NCBI GenBank assembly: GCA_018896985.1
Contig: JAHILQ010000287.1
Coordinates: forward strand, 1 to 31,764
Direction: 5' to 3'
Length of the DNA: 31,764 nt
Source of the DNA: Nitrospinota bacterium
GTDB lineage: Bacteria; Nitrospirota; Thermodesulfovibrionia; Thermodesulfovibrionales; UBA1546
Notes under the pieces: model-generated
Told to the model about the DNA's origin: nothing
Databases searched by the model: none
What the model saw: the letters and a program-made list of their open reading frames with translations, nothing else
Program-made: the position numbers and the translations under genes
Shown here: one piece after another, positions 19,013 through 27,475 of the stretch
How positions within the stretch are numbered: position 1 is the first letter of the stretch
Layout of the letters: each line of letters starts with the position of its first letter

Positions 19013-20161
19013 TTACTTTGAAAGCATCTCATGAACTTTCGGAATCTGATCGATTTTTACCCCTAAATAATCCGCTGTATCCAAAACACTAATCTTTGTC
19101 TGATCATAAGCTTTAAAAACCATAGATATATATTTTTTGCCCCGTTCTTCTACGCAGGCTTTTACAGGATTCCTCCCGCCTCTGCCGAATGGGTGATACT
19201 CTTTTACATTTTCCTCTCTCCATTTTTTATAGAATTGTCCCGAAGTCCTTCCAAGAGTTAATAGTCGCCTCAAGATAACTTCCCTGCTGACCCTGAATTC
19301 ATCAGCGATTGTTTTTAAGGTCTTATTGTCCCAAACATCTGTCTGCTTATTTTGCTTGACTAACGCATTATTGAGAAGTTTTTCGGATGGAACTAAAAAC
19401 GCCCCGGCAAAATGATTACAAAACTTTTCAATTTGCGGGGAATGAGCATCTTCAACCATGTCACATATACCACTTTCGTTCAGAAGGATGTGTGCCAACT
19501 CATGAAATAATGAAAATATTTTCGAGTTTGCTTCATCAGCTTTATTCACAACGATAGCGGGTAATTCTCCTTCAATAATTGAAAACCCTTTTATTTCACG
19601 CTGCTGAATACTTAGTTGAAAAACAAGGACACCATTATCTTCCAAAATACTTTTCCAGCTTTCAAACGCTTCCTCACTGCTGTTAAAGACCGAAATGTTA
19701 AAATCCCTTGAAAAAACTGCTCCTCTGACCATTTCAGCAATTTTTTCAGGTTTATCAGATAATGTTGTTCTGATAGAAAAAGGTCTTATAGGATTGCCTA
19801 ATTCTTTATTCAATTCTATTGCCGATACCTGCAATCTTCTCGCTTTTCTGATTATCAGTAAAGTTTTAGGCGTTAGAGGTTTATGTTTTACTGATAATTC
19901 CGTCCTGAAATCCATGGGTAATGGTAGTTCCTGCGGAGGTTCTGACAACAGAAATGCTGCTAAAGGTCTCTTATATACAGTAGCTAATTTTTCAATTTGA
20001 ACAAAGGTAGGTTTTACCCGCCCTGCTTCCCATTTAGATACAGTGTCCTCACTTACCTTTAGCCTTTTAGCGACTTCTTCTCTATTTCTGCCTATGCTTT
20101 TTCTTGCCCATATCAGCACTCTCGGCTCTACACTAACAGATAAGGATTTATGAGACATCAT
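19013..20161 (-). CDS. XRE HTH + ImmA/IrrE (peptidase M78) protein
   Basis: N-terminal HTH EEVAKRLKVSEDTVSKWEAG; HExxH in FSLFHELAHIL; EKFCNHFAGAFLVP; FRVSREVILRRL; GAGGAGGA RBS. Confidence 0.9.
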   Translation of the reverse strand: MMSHKSLSVSVEPRVLIWARKSIGRNREEVAKRLKVSEDTVSKWEAGRVKPTFVQIEKLATVYKRPLAAFLLSEPPQELPLPMDFRTELSVKHKPLTPKTLLIIRKARRLQVSAIELNKELGNPIRPFSIRTTLSDKPEKIAEMVRGAVFSRDFNISVFNSSEEAFESWKSILEDNGVLVFQLSIQQREIKGFSIIEGELPAIVVNKADEANSKIFSLFHELAHILLNESGICDMVEDAHSPQIEKFCNHFAGAFLVPSEKLLNNALVKQNKQTDVWDNKTLKTIADEFRVSREVILRRLLTLGRTSGQFYKKWREENVKEYHPFGRGGRNPVKACVEERGKKYISMVFKAYDQTKISVLDTADYLGVKIDQIPKVHEMLSK

Positions 20162-20209
20162 TCCTCCTCAAGTCTGTATAAAATATCTGAATAATATTTA
20201 CGTATCAAA

Positions 20210-20395
20210 TTATAAATATATTGTCTTTATCTTCTTTTTGCCTGTAAGCATAGCCTTGACCTCTGATACAGCCTCCTTTAAACCGAGCAAGATCCTCTGT
20301 TTCTGTATTTCCTTCATAAGATGTTCCCATTCCTTATAAGGTATCACCACATTTGTTTTATGTCCCTTTTTATCTGTTATATACTGTATCTGCAT
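20210..20395 (-). CDS. Small antitoxin-like protein with no adjacent toxin
   Basis: QYITDKKGHKTNVVIPYKEW...GLKEA resembles the 25972 protein (QYLTDRKGYKVAAVIDMDEF...GLKEA); AAGGAGG RBS. Confidence 0.6.
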   Translation of the reverse strand: MQIQYITDKKGHKTNVVIPYKEWEHLMKEIQKQRILLGLKEAVSEVKAMLTGKKKIKTIYL

Positions 20396-20527
20396 TTGCT
20401 TTCCTCCTTTCTTATAAATTTTCAGTTTACAATATTATTACAGGTTTTCATATTGTCCCGCAATAGCCGCAGTTATTTATGTAAGCTAAAGAACTTCTTG
20501 CAGCGCAATCTAATTGCCATATTCGTA

Positions 20528-23500
20528 TCATGCCTCTGCAAGCTGCATTGAGATAACCTTTGACACTCCAGGCTCTTCCATCGTTATCCCGTAGATGTAG
20601 TCGGATGCCTCCATGGTCACCCTGTTATGCGTTATCACTATGAACTGGATGTTTGTTGAAAGTTCTCTCAGCATTCTGCTGAATCTTCCGGTATTGGAGT
20701 CGTCCAGCGGTCCATCTGCCTCATCAAGAATGCAGAGCGGAGTTGGCTTTATCAGGAAGCTTGCAAATAAAATAGACAGGGCAGTCAGCGCTTTTTCTCC
20801 GCCTGAAAGAAGACTTATGTTCTGCAATTTTTTACCCGGAGGCTGTGCAATTATGTCTATTCCAGTTTCAAGGATATTATTTTCATCTGTAAGGATGAGT
20901 TCTGCCCTTCCGCCTTCAAAGAGTGAGATGAAGACCTCCGAAAACTTTATCTTTAGCGCCTCAAATGCCTCTCTGAGTTTTTTCCTTGTTGTGCTGTTTA
21001 TCTTTGTTATTGCCTCTTCAAGTTCGGCAATTGACCTGTTGAGGTCGTCCTGCTGTTTTGAAAGAAACTCATACCTTGTTGTTAATTCTTCATATTCTTC
21101 AAGTTTGCCGAGGTTTACAGGCCCGAGTTCCTGTATCTTTTCCTTAAGTTCAGCCAGCCGCTCTTCATCTTCAGGCAAAAGCGGTTCTGTTTCAAGCGAA
21201 TCTATTTCTGTCCCGTAATTCTGCCTTATATTTTCAGTGAGGTTTTCAATCTTCAGCCTGTGCTCTGCTCTCTCTACATCAAGCCTTGAGACTTTAGATG
21301 TGAGAGCATCTATTTCATGCCTGAGCGCCTTGACCGCCTGCTCATATGAGAGCATCTGCTGGTTTTCCTGCTCAAGCGCCTCTTTCCTTGCAGATATGTC
21401 CTCCCTAAGCCTGTCCGCATTTAAAACCATACCCTTTACCTTCTCTTCGTTTTCGACTGATTCTGCCTCTCTCTGTGAGATGCGCTCCTCAACAGACTTT
21501 ATTTCGCCATTCAAAGAATTGTCTTTCTGCAGAAGCTCTTCAGTTGCGTTGTTTGCCGCCTCAATTTCTTTCTGTACCGCTTCTATCTTTTCTTTGTGAG
21601 CTGTTATTGACAGCCTGAGGTCTGTTATATGCGAGCGATCTTCTTCATACCTAATCTTCTTCTGGATTATCTCTTCCAATAGGTCTGCCATATCTTTTTC
21701 TATGGCGCTCTTTTCTGATTCTCCTGCATTTATTGCTTTTTCCTTTTCGCTTATCATGTTTTTGAGTGATTCTTTTTCCCTGACAATCTCTTCAACTTCT
21801 ATTGAAAGATAGGCAAGTTTTCTGTCTGTCCGCTCTTTTTCATCCTGATAGTTTGCAGAGGTAAACTTTGAAAGCGACATCTCTTTTTCTGCATTAACCA
21901 CCGCAGTCTCAATATCCCTGATGCCTGATTCTTTATCTGAAAGTTCCTGCTGAAGCCTGTTGATGTCTTCCTGCAGCATAGATATTGAATCTGTTTTCTG
22001 TCCTATTAACTCTTCAATCTCCCTTAACTCTCTCTTCCTCTTTAAAACTCCTCTGCCTTCTCCGCCTATGACTGCGCCCGAAGGCTCAACAATCTCACCG
22101 TCAAGAGTTACAAAAACTGTTGAATGTTGAATGTTGAATGTTGAATGAAGTTCAATGGCTGTCTTCAGGTCTTTTACAATAAAAATATTTTTAAGAAGAT
22201 TTTTTGCTATGCCTGCAAACTCTGCATCAACCCTTACAAAATCTACTGCCCTTCCGATTATGCCGGCGGGGACATCAGATAATTCATCAGTTGTTCTGGA
22301 ATCAAGCGGGATGAAGGACATCCTGCCGCTGCCCTTTGTCTTCAATATGGAAATGGCAACCTCAATGTCAGCAAGGGATTTAAGTATGAACGAATTGATT
22401 TTTTCTGAGAGGGCGTTTTCAACCGCCTTTTCATATTCAGGTTCAACATTGAGTATATCTGACAGCGAAGAGACAATATGGAGATTAGGCCCGTCCTGGA
22501 GTATTTCACGGGTAGGCGCATCAAGGACAAGTTCCTTCAAAGATCCCATGCGCGATATGTTTGATGCAAGGTCTTCTTTTGTTTTTGACAGCTCATCCCT
22601 GAGATGTTCAATCTTCCCCCTAAGAGAAGCGGCCTCTGATGTATAGACGCTCTTTTTTTCACTGAGCAGAAGGACCTCGGCGTTTCTGTCCCTGAGCGAA
22701 CCCTCCACGTCCCTGATTGATAAATCAATCTCGCCTAAAACTTTCTTTGAATCATCGGCGTCTTTTATCAGCGAAACCTCTTTACGCTCCAGCGCCTCAA
22801 GAGACGCCTGCATCCTGCCTGTCTCGTTTCTAAGTGTGCTCAGTTCCTCTGACACGCTGAATACATTTCTACGTTTTGAATCTACAGCGCTTTCTTTTTC
22901 TGAGAGTTCGTTTTCCACCGACTCAATAAGCTCATTTTTCAGCCTTAGCTCTTCCTTAAGCCCTTCCATATCACCGGAAAGCCTTGCCTCTGTCCCGTTC
23001 ATCTCGCCAAGTTTTTCAGACAACTCTTTTTTCTTGGTTTCGAACTCTTCTCTCTGAGCAAAGAGTTTTGCCAGATATTCTTTCAGGTTGTCCCTGTCCG
23101 TATTCAGCACAGCGATTACTCTTTCGGTTTCCGCTATCATCTTCTCCGCATCTCTGAATTCCTGCTGTATTACCTCAAGGGATTTTTCTTTTTCAAAGAT
23201 GCCAAGCCGGTTTGTTTCTGAAATGTTTTCAATCTTTGTGAGTTCAGCCTTCTTCATGGCCTCGTTCTCTTTAAGGACAGTGTATTCTGCAAGTATCCTT
23301 TCCAGAGATTCTCTTAGCGTCTGATAATCTCTCTTTGCAATCTTGAGTTCTATTGTCCTCATCTCTGCCGAGAGTTTTTTATACCTCTCAGCCTTTTTGG
23401 CCTGCCTATCAAGCGCATTGATCTGCCTTTTTACTTCTAAAACAATATCGTTTATCCTCTGCAGGTTTAATCTTGATGCCTCAAGTTTATTCTGAGCCTC

Positions 23501-24037
23501 TGTCTTCCTGACCTTATATTTCATCACGCCGGCTACTTCCTCTATGATGAACCTTCTGTCCTGTGGTTTGGAATTAAGTACCGCTGCTATCCTGTCCTGT
23601 TCAAGTATTGAATAGCTCTTAACTTCAAGCCCCGTGTCAAGGAACAGGTCTTTTATGTCCTTAAGCCTGCATACGGATTTGTTTGCCATATACTCGCTCT
23701 CGCCGGATCTGTAGAGCCTTCTTGTCACGGATGTGAAGTTCTGGGGGTCATTGCCATTGTCCTGCGTGGGGTCTCCCATGCCTGATACAACAAGCGTTAC
23801 CTCTGCCATCCCTTTTGGTTTTTTTGTTGAAGAGCCGTTGAATATCACTTCCTCCATCTTTTCACCCCTCAGGCTCTTTGCGCTCTGCTCGCCTAATGCC
23901 CATCGGAATGCATCCACTATATTGCTCTTTCCGCAGCCGTTGGGCCCGACTATGCACGTAATCCCGGGATGGAGATTAAACGCAGTTCTTTCGGAGAAAG
24001 ACTTAAAACCTATGAGTTCGATTTTTTCTATACGCAT
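20528..24037 (-). CDS. smc: Chromosome segregation protein SMC
   Basis: GFKSF, GPNGCGKSNIVDA, long coiled coils, hinge VTLDGEIVEPSGAVIGG, LSGGEK, LDEADGPLD, FIVITH. Confidence 0.98.
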   Translation of the reverse strand: MRIEKIELIGFKSFSERTAFNLHPGITCIVGPNGCGKSNIVDAFRWALGEQSAKSLRGEKMEEVIFNGSSTKKPKGMAEVTLVVSGMGDPTQDNGNDPQNFTSVTRRLYRSGESEYMANKSVCRLKDIKDLFLDTGLEVKSYSILEQDRIAAVLNSKPQDRRFIIEEVAGVMKYKVRKTEAQNKLEASRLNLQRINDIVLEVKRQINALDRQAKKAERYKKLSAEMRTIELKIAKRDYQTLRESLERILAEYTVLKENEAMKKAELTKIENISETNRLGIFEKEKSLEVIQQEFRDAEKMIAETERVIAVLNTDRDNLKEYLAKLFAQREEFETKKKELSEKLGEMNGTEARLSGDMEGLKEELRLKNELIESVENELSEKESAVDSKRRNVFSVSEELSTLRNETGRMQASLEALERKEVSLIKDADDSKKVLGEIDLSIRDVEGSLRDRNAEVLLLSEKKSVYTSEAASLRGKIEHLRDELSKTKEDLASNISRMGSLKELVLDAPTREILQDGPNLHIVSSLSDILNVEPEYEKAVENALSEKINSFILKSLADIEVAISILKTKGSGRMSFIPLDSRTTDELSDVPAGIIGRAVDFVRVDAEFAGIAKNLLKNIFIVKDLKTAIELHSTFNIQHSTVFVTLDGEIVEPSGAVIGGEGRGVLKRKRELREIEELIGQKTDSISMLQEDINRLQQELSDKESGIRDIETAVVNAEKEMSLSKFTSANYQDEKERTDRKLAYLSIEVEEIVREKESLKNMISEKEKAINAGESEKSAIEKDMADLLEEIIQKKIRYEEDRSHITDLRLSITAHKEKIEAVQKEIEAANNATEELLQKDNSLNGEIKSVEERISQREAESVENEEKVKGMVLNADRLREDISARKEALEQENQQMLSYEQAVKALRHEIDALTSKVSRLDVERAEHRLKIENLTENIRQNYGTEIDSLETEPLLPEDEERLAELKEKIQELGPVNLGKLEEYEELTTRYEFLSKQQDDLNRSIAELEEAITKINSTTRKKLREAFEALKIKFSEVFISLFEGGRAELILTDENNILETGIDIIAQPPGKKLQNISLLSGGEKALTALSILFASFLIKPTPLCILDEADGPLDDSNTGRFSRMLRELSTNIQFIVITHNRVTMEASDYIYGITMEEPGVSKVISMQLAEA
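22118..22145 (+). repeat. Heptamer tandem repeat (TGTTGAA)x4 inside smc
   Basis: Four exact copies; encodes HSTFNIQHST on the minus strand. Confidence 0.9.
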
Positions 24038-24064
24038 AAGAAAAATTAGGAGCGAGTTTCATGT

Positions 24065-24093
24065 AGTATAACTTAAGAATATGTTCATGACAA
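24065..24093 (-). promoter_or_regulatory. Sigma70-type promoter of smc
   Basis: TTGTCA-17 nt-TATACT, about 28 nt upstream of the smc ATG. Confidence 0.7.
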
Positions 24094-24200
24094 GCTAATA
24101 TTTGAGCGGCAAATTTAAAATAAGACAGGTATTTCTTTGTTTCAGAGACAGGCGGCTTTTCTGCATCAGGAGCCTGCTCTACTGATGGTTTTTCTGCTTC

Positions 24201-24524
24201 TCAGTGTTTAGCTTCAGGCATTTTCTTTATCAGCCCTGCTTTCTCAAGCGAAAACTCAGGATCAAGCAGGTATGCTTGTTTAAATGATTCATTTGCCTCT
24301 TCAAATTTCCTGAGTTTATAAAGCGCATAGCCCATCAGGTAATAGCCTGACGGGGTTGGATTCTTTTGCGCCTGCTCTTTTAAAAGCTCAACAGCCTCTT
24401 TGAATTTTTTGCTGTTGTAATATTTAAGAGCCTCTGCGAATTCCGAGTTTTCTGCTGCAAAAGTTGTGTCATACACTGCAGATAAGGTAAAAACCATAAG
24501 GACGACAAAAATAAGCTTTTTCAT
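24201..24524 (-). CDS. Exported short TPR protein
   Basis: Start moved to MKKLIF (ATG 24524, GAGGAG RBS); signal-peptide-like N-terminus ending TTFA; TPR motif YYLMGYALYKLRKFEEANESFKQAYLLDP. Confidence 0.8.
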   Translation of the reverse strand: MKKLIFVVLMVFTLSAVYDTTFAAENSEFAEALKYYNSKKFKEAVELLKEQAQKNPTPSGYYLMGYALYKLRKFEEANESFKQAYLLDPEFSLEKAGLIKKMPEAKH

Positions 24525-24843
24525 AAGCGTCTCCTCACCCAATAAAACATTTTAAATTATATCAGCATAAGCAGTTATCCTGCATCCCGCCTGTTTCACT
24601 GTGTCTCAGCAATAGGATAATCCCAGTTGTAAAATTTTTCAAGCTATATTCTGCTTAATCCACATTCCCTGTCTGTGCAGAGAAGAATCGCTCATTTATA
24701 TCTTCTCACTCCGAACCCTTTTATCTTAAGGTCAGAAAGTATCTTATCCAGATGCTCCCTAGATGCTATGCCTGAGATAAGCCCGCTCATTAATTCATGT
24801 TAAAATAGATTAATGTGATTTTGAATAAGGAAAGAAATTAACG

Positions 24844-24874
24844 AAAAGGCTCCCTCAGCATGAGGGAGCCTTTT
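24844..24874. terminator. Intrinsic terminator downstream of the cold-shock gene
   Basis: AAAAGGCTCCCTCA-GCA-TGAGGGAGCCTTTT, a perfect 14-bp stem with T runs on both strands. Confidence 0.9.
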
Positions 24875-24882
24875 CCATCTAA

Positions 24883-25083
24883 TTACAGTTTAACTACATT
24901 GATTGCCTTGGGGCCTTTCGGGCCTTTTTCAGTATCAAAGCTGACCTTGTCACCCTCGGCAAGGCTCTTAAAGCCGTTGCCCTGGATTGAAGTGTGGTGG
25001 ACAAATACATCACTGCCGTCTTCGCTTGTGATAAAGCCAAAACCCTTTGAATCATTGAACCACTTTACTGTTCCATTAGCCAT
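24883..25083 (-). CDS. csp: Cold-shock protein (CspA family)
   Basis: [16 protein letters not shown] (RNP1), DVFVHHTSI (RNP2); 66 aa; AAGGAGG RBS. Confidence 0.97.
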   Translation of the reverse strand: MANGTVKWFNDSKGFGFITSEDGSDVFVHHTSIQGNGFKSLAEGDKVSFDTEKGPKGPKAINVVKL

Positions 25084-25265
25084 TTCTTTTACCTCCTTTT
25101 CTGTAAACTTAAATCCCAGAAGGTCTCAACAAATAAAAAAGGCCGCAAAGTTAAAAAGTCTTTGTGGTCTCATAAACTGCAAAAACTTCTAAAATTCTGC
25201 TGTTAAATTAACACATCCTCGAACAGTTAGTAAAGATAATAACAACCGCGTTCCGTCCTTCAGCG

Positions 25266-25796
25266 CTATTGCACTCTTGAACTTTTGCTCTTTTTGGCGT
25301 TAGGGTAACGTATGGATGTCACAACAAAAACAGCATTACCATTAGGTCTTCTCACAACAACTTCGTCTCCCTCTGTCCTGCTTAACAATGCTTTAGCCAT
25401 AGGTGAATCAATACTTATAAAATCCTTCTCAGGATCAAATTCATCAGGACCTACAATACGATACCGGTTCACGTTCCCATCTGTATCCTCAATTTCAACC
25501 CATGCGCCAAAAAATACCTTTGAAGTGTCTTTTGGTATCCTGTCCACTACAATCAACTCGCTCAATCTCTTTGCAAGAAAACGGATACGGGAATCAATCT
25601 GCTTTAACTGTTTTTTACCATAAATATACTCTGCATTCTCAGAACGATCCCCCATGGCAGCAGCTTCAGCAACAGCCCGAGTAACCTGGGGGCGCTTAAC
25701 CTTCCACAGATATGACAGTTCCCCGCTTAAACGCTTTTGCCCCTGAGGTGTAATATATGGTGCGATTTTTGTTTTACTCTGCAATGGCTTTTTCAT
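25266..25796 (-). CDS. greB: Transcription elongation factor GreB
   Basis: YITPQG, RPQVTRAVAEAAAMGDRSENAEYIYGKKQL, VFFGAWV, ISIDSPMAKALL. Confidence 0.93.
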   Translation of the reverse strand: MKKPLQSKTKIAPYITPQGQKRLSGELSYLWKVKRPQVTRAVAEAAAMGDRSENAEYIYGKKQLKQIDSRIRFLAKRLSELIVVDRIPKDTSKVFFGAWVEIEDTDGNVNRYRIVGPDEFDPEKDFISIDSPMAKALLSRTEGDEVVVRRPNGNAVFVVTSIRYPNAKKSKSSRVQ

Positions 25797-25861
25797 ATCT
25801 TGTTCAGTTTATTATACCTGAATCAAGCCATCGCTTCCATTCTTTCACGGAGTGACTCGTT

Positions 25862-25913
25862 CACCCCAGCGAATCCGTCCGGGCGCGGACAGAGGAGAAC
25901 GGATTTTGGGGTG
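25862..25913. repeat. Composite hairpin (REP-like) between divergent greB and the TA pair
   Basis: Nested inverted repeats CACCCCA/TGGGGTG, AATCCGT/ACGGATT and GTCCG/CGGAC. Confidence 0.65.
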
Positions 25914-25929
25914 GATGTATTGGGTATTG

Positions 25930-25938
25930 TGGTATAAT
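25930..25938 (+). promoter_or_regulatory. Extended -10 promoter of the TA operon
   Basis: TG-G-TATAAT, 33 nt upstream of ATG 25972; AAAGGAG RBS; no clear -35. Confidence 0.5.
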
Positions 25939-25971
25939 AATTTAAGCAACGAGCTTTGAAAGGAGAACATT

Positions 25972-26220
25972 ATGCCAACTGCTTTAAAACAAGAATCCGA
26001 GCTTATTAAAGTAAAGCAGTACTTAACCGACAGGAAAGGCTATAAGGTTGCTGCTGTTATCGATATGGATGAGTTCAACAGATTAGCAATGCTGCTGGAA
26101 ACCATTCCGCCTTCCGAGAGATGGCTTTATAAAAATAAAGCTGCGCTCAAAAGTGTCCACAAAGGATTAAAAGAAGCCGCTCAGGGCAAGATTTCAAAGC
26201 TCTATATAAAAGAGTTATAG
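25972..26220 (+). CDS. Putative type II antitoxin
   Basis: 82 aa, upstream of a RelE-like gene; same pattern as the 20210 protein. Confidence 0.7.
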   Translation: MPTALKQESELIKVKQYLTDRKGYKVAAVIDMDEFNRLAMLLETIPPSERWLYKNKAALKSVHKGLKEAAQGKISKLYIKEL

Positions 26221-26229
26221 GGTCAAATC

Positions 26230-26523
26230 TTGTTTGATATATTTCTGACCGATGAGGCAAGGGAGCAGTTAAACAGACTCAAGGCTGACAAGGGACTTTC
26301 AAAAAGATACAAGGCCGTAAAGAAAGCACTCCTGTTTCTATCTCAAAATCCGAGACATCCAGGGCTTAAGACGCACGAATTCACTTCGCTCAAAGGCCCT
26401 AACGGAGAAAAAGTATTTGAGGCATATGCTGAACAGTCCACTCCTTCTGCATACAGAATCTTCTGGTATTACGGTCCAGGAAACAAACAGATAACCATTA
26501 TAGCCGTAACACCCCATCCTTAA
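26230..26523 (+). CDS. RelE/ParE-superfamily toxin
   Basis: IFLTDEAREQLNRL, NPRHPGLKTH, YRIFWYYG..ITIIAVTPHP; 97 aa. Confidence 0.8.
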   Translation: MFDIFLTDEAREQLNRLKADKGLSKRYKAVKKALLFLSQNPRHPGLKTHEFTSLKGPNGEKVFEAYAEQSTPSAYRIFWYYGPGNKQITIIAVTPHP

Positions 26524-26541
26524 AATATCTGCTATTCCCCC

Positions 26542-26567
26542 TTCCCTTTAAACTCCAGAATTCCTTT
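26542..26567 (+). repeat. 26-bp direct repeat, copy 1 (downstream of the NERD gene)
   Basis: TTCCCTTTAAACTCCAGAATTCCTTT; 24/26 identical to 27404-27429. Confidence 0.8.
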
Positions 26568-26622
26568 GTAGTCTTCCGAGCTTCTCGCAGCGTCAGCGAA
26601 GAGTCGCTGGGGCGGAGGGGGA

Positions 26623-27363
26623 TTATTTTTTATCTTCGAATCCAGTGTCCATTCGGGCGAGGGCAAGAAAAGCTTGTGAAATGGAATCTATTTCTTTTTT
26701 ACTGAGCTTATTAGGTTTTTTATTTTCCACAATATAATCGTAAAGTCGATCATCTTTTACGCAATGCACCGCTTTTGTTGTTCCCCATCTCGCATCAACA
26801 CGAGCCGACGGAAAGACTAAGACGCCCTGAATATAAGGGTCGAGATGGCAAAGAGTTTTTACTTTCTCTTTAATATTCATGACTCTGCTTGTTAGAATCT
26901 TAACCTCAGGTTTATTTGTTGGTTTTCCATTAAGAAGAATCTCTCCATTTTCATCCGCCGTAATAATTCCCCTCCAGTTTTTAGCATCGAGAACATAAAC
27001 GCCTGTCGGCCCTACAACAACATGGTCTATATTTCCAAAATCTGTTTTCAAATCATTAAGAACATTGTATTCATCCGGGAAAAGACCGAGGGCATTGCCA
27101 ACGCGAAACTCGCCATCAGCACCCCGTCTATAGTTAAAACGATACCTTTCATGTTTCAAAGCTTTTCGATAAAAAAAATAAAATATTATGCCCCCACCAA
27201 GTAAAAACATTATGCTAAATAAAAAGTTATTTTTTGCGATTGAGTAACCTACTAATGCAGACATCAGTAATAATCCGATAAGGAATGACGAAATAGTTTT
27301 CCCAAACCGTTTTATCGATTCTTCTGATGTATATCTCCCACTTTGACCTAAGACCTTAGCCAT
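26623..27363 (-). CDS. Membrane-anchored NERD (nuclease-related) domain protein
   Basis: Two TM helices, then RGADGEFRV, NIDHVVVGPTGVYVLDAKNWRG; ATG 27363 with AGGAG RBS. Confidence 0.85.
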   Translation of the reverse strand: MAKVLGQSGRYTSEESIKRFGKTISSFLIGLLLMSALVGYSIAKNNFLFSIMFLLGGGIIFYFFYRKALKHERYRFNYRRGADGEFRVGNALGLFPDEYNVLNDLKTDFGNIDHVVVGPTGVYVLDAKNWRGIITADENGEILLNGKPTNKPEVKILTSRVMNIKEKVKTLCHLDPYIQGVLVFPSARVDARWGTTKAVHCVKDDRLYDYIVENKKPNKLSKKEIDSISQAFLALARMDTGFEDKK

Positions 27364-27403
27364 TAGCAACTCCTTCCATTTTCAAATAAAGCTATATTCT
27401 CCA

Positions 27404-27429
27404 TTCCCTTTAAACTTTAGAATTCCTTT
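27404..27429 (+). repeat. 26-bp direct repeat, copy 2 (upstream of the NERD gene)
   Basis: TTCCCTTTAAACTTTAGAATTCCTTT. Confidence 0.8.
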
Positions 27430-27475
27430 ATCTCTCAAAATCTGCAACTGCTGACAAATTTTCGGGCGGATGTGG

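Noticed and set aside
20473-20520. 15-codon frame MAIRLRCKKFFSLHK right after smc
   Set aside because: It could be the stub of an interrupted gene but is too short to support.
1133-23324. Many short opposite-strand or alternate-frame ORFs (e.g. 1133, 2455, 3195, 7504, 10754, 10992, 14342, 19695, 20613, 21237, 22155)
   Set aside because: They lie wholly or mostly within well-supported genes and show no motifs or SD; treated as shadow ORFs.
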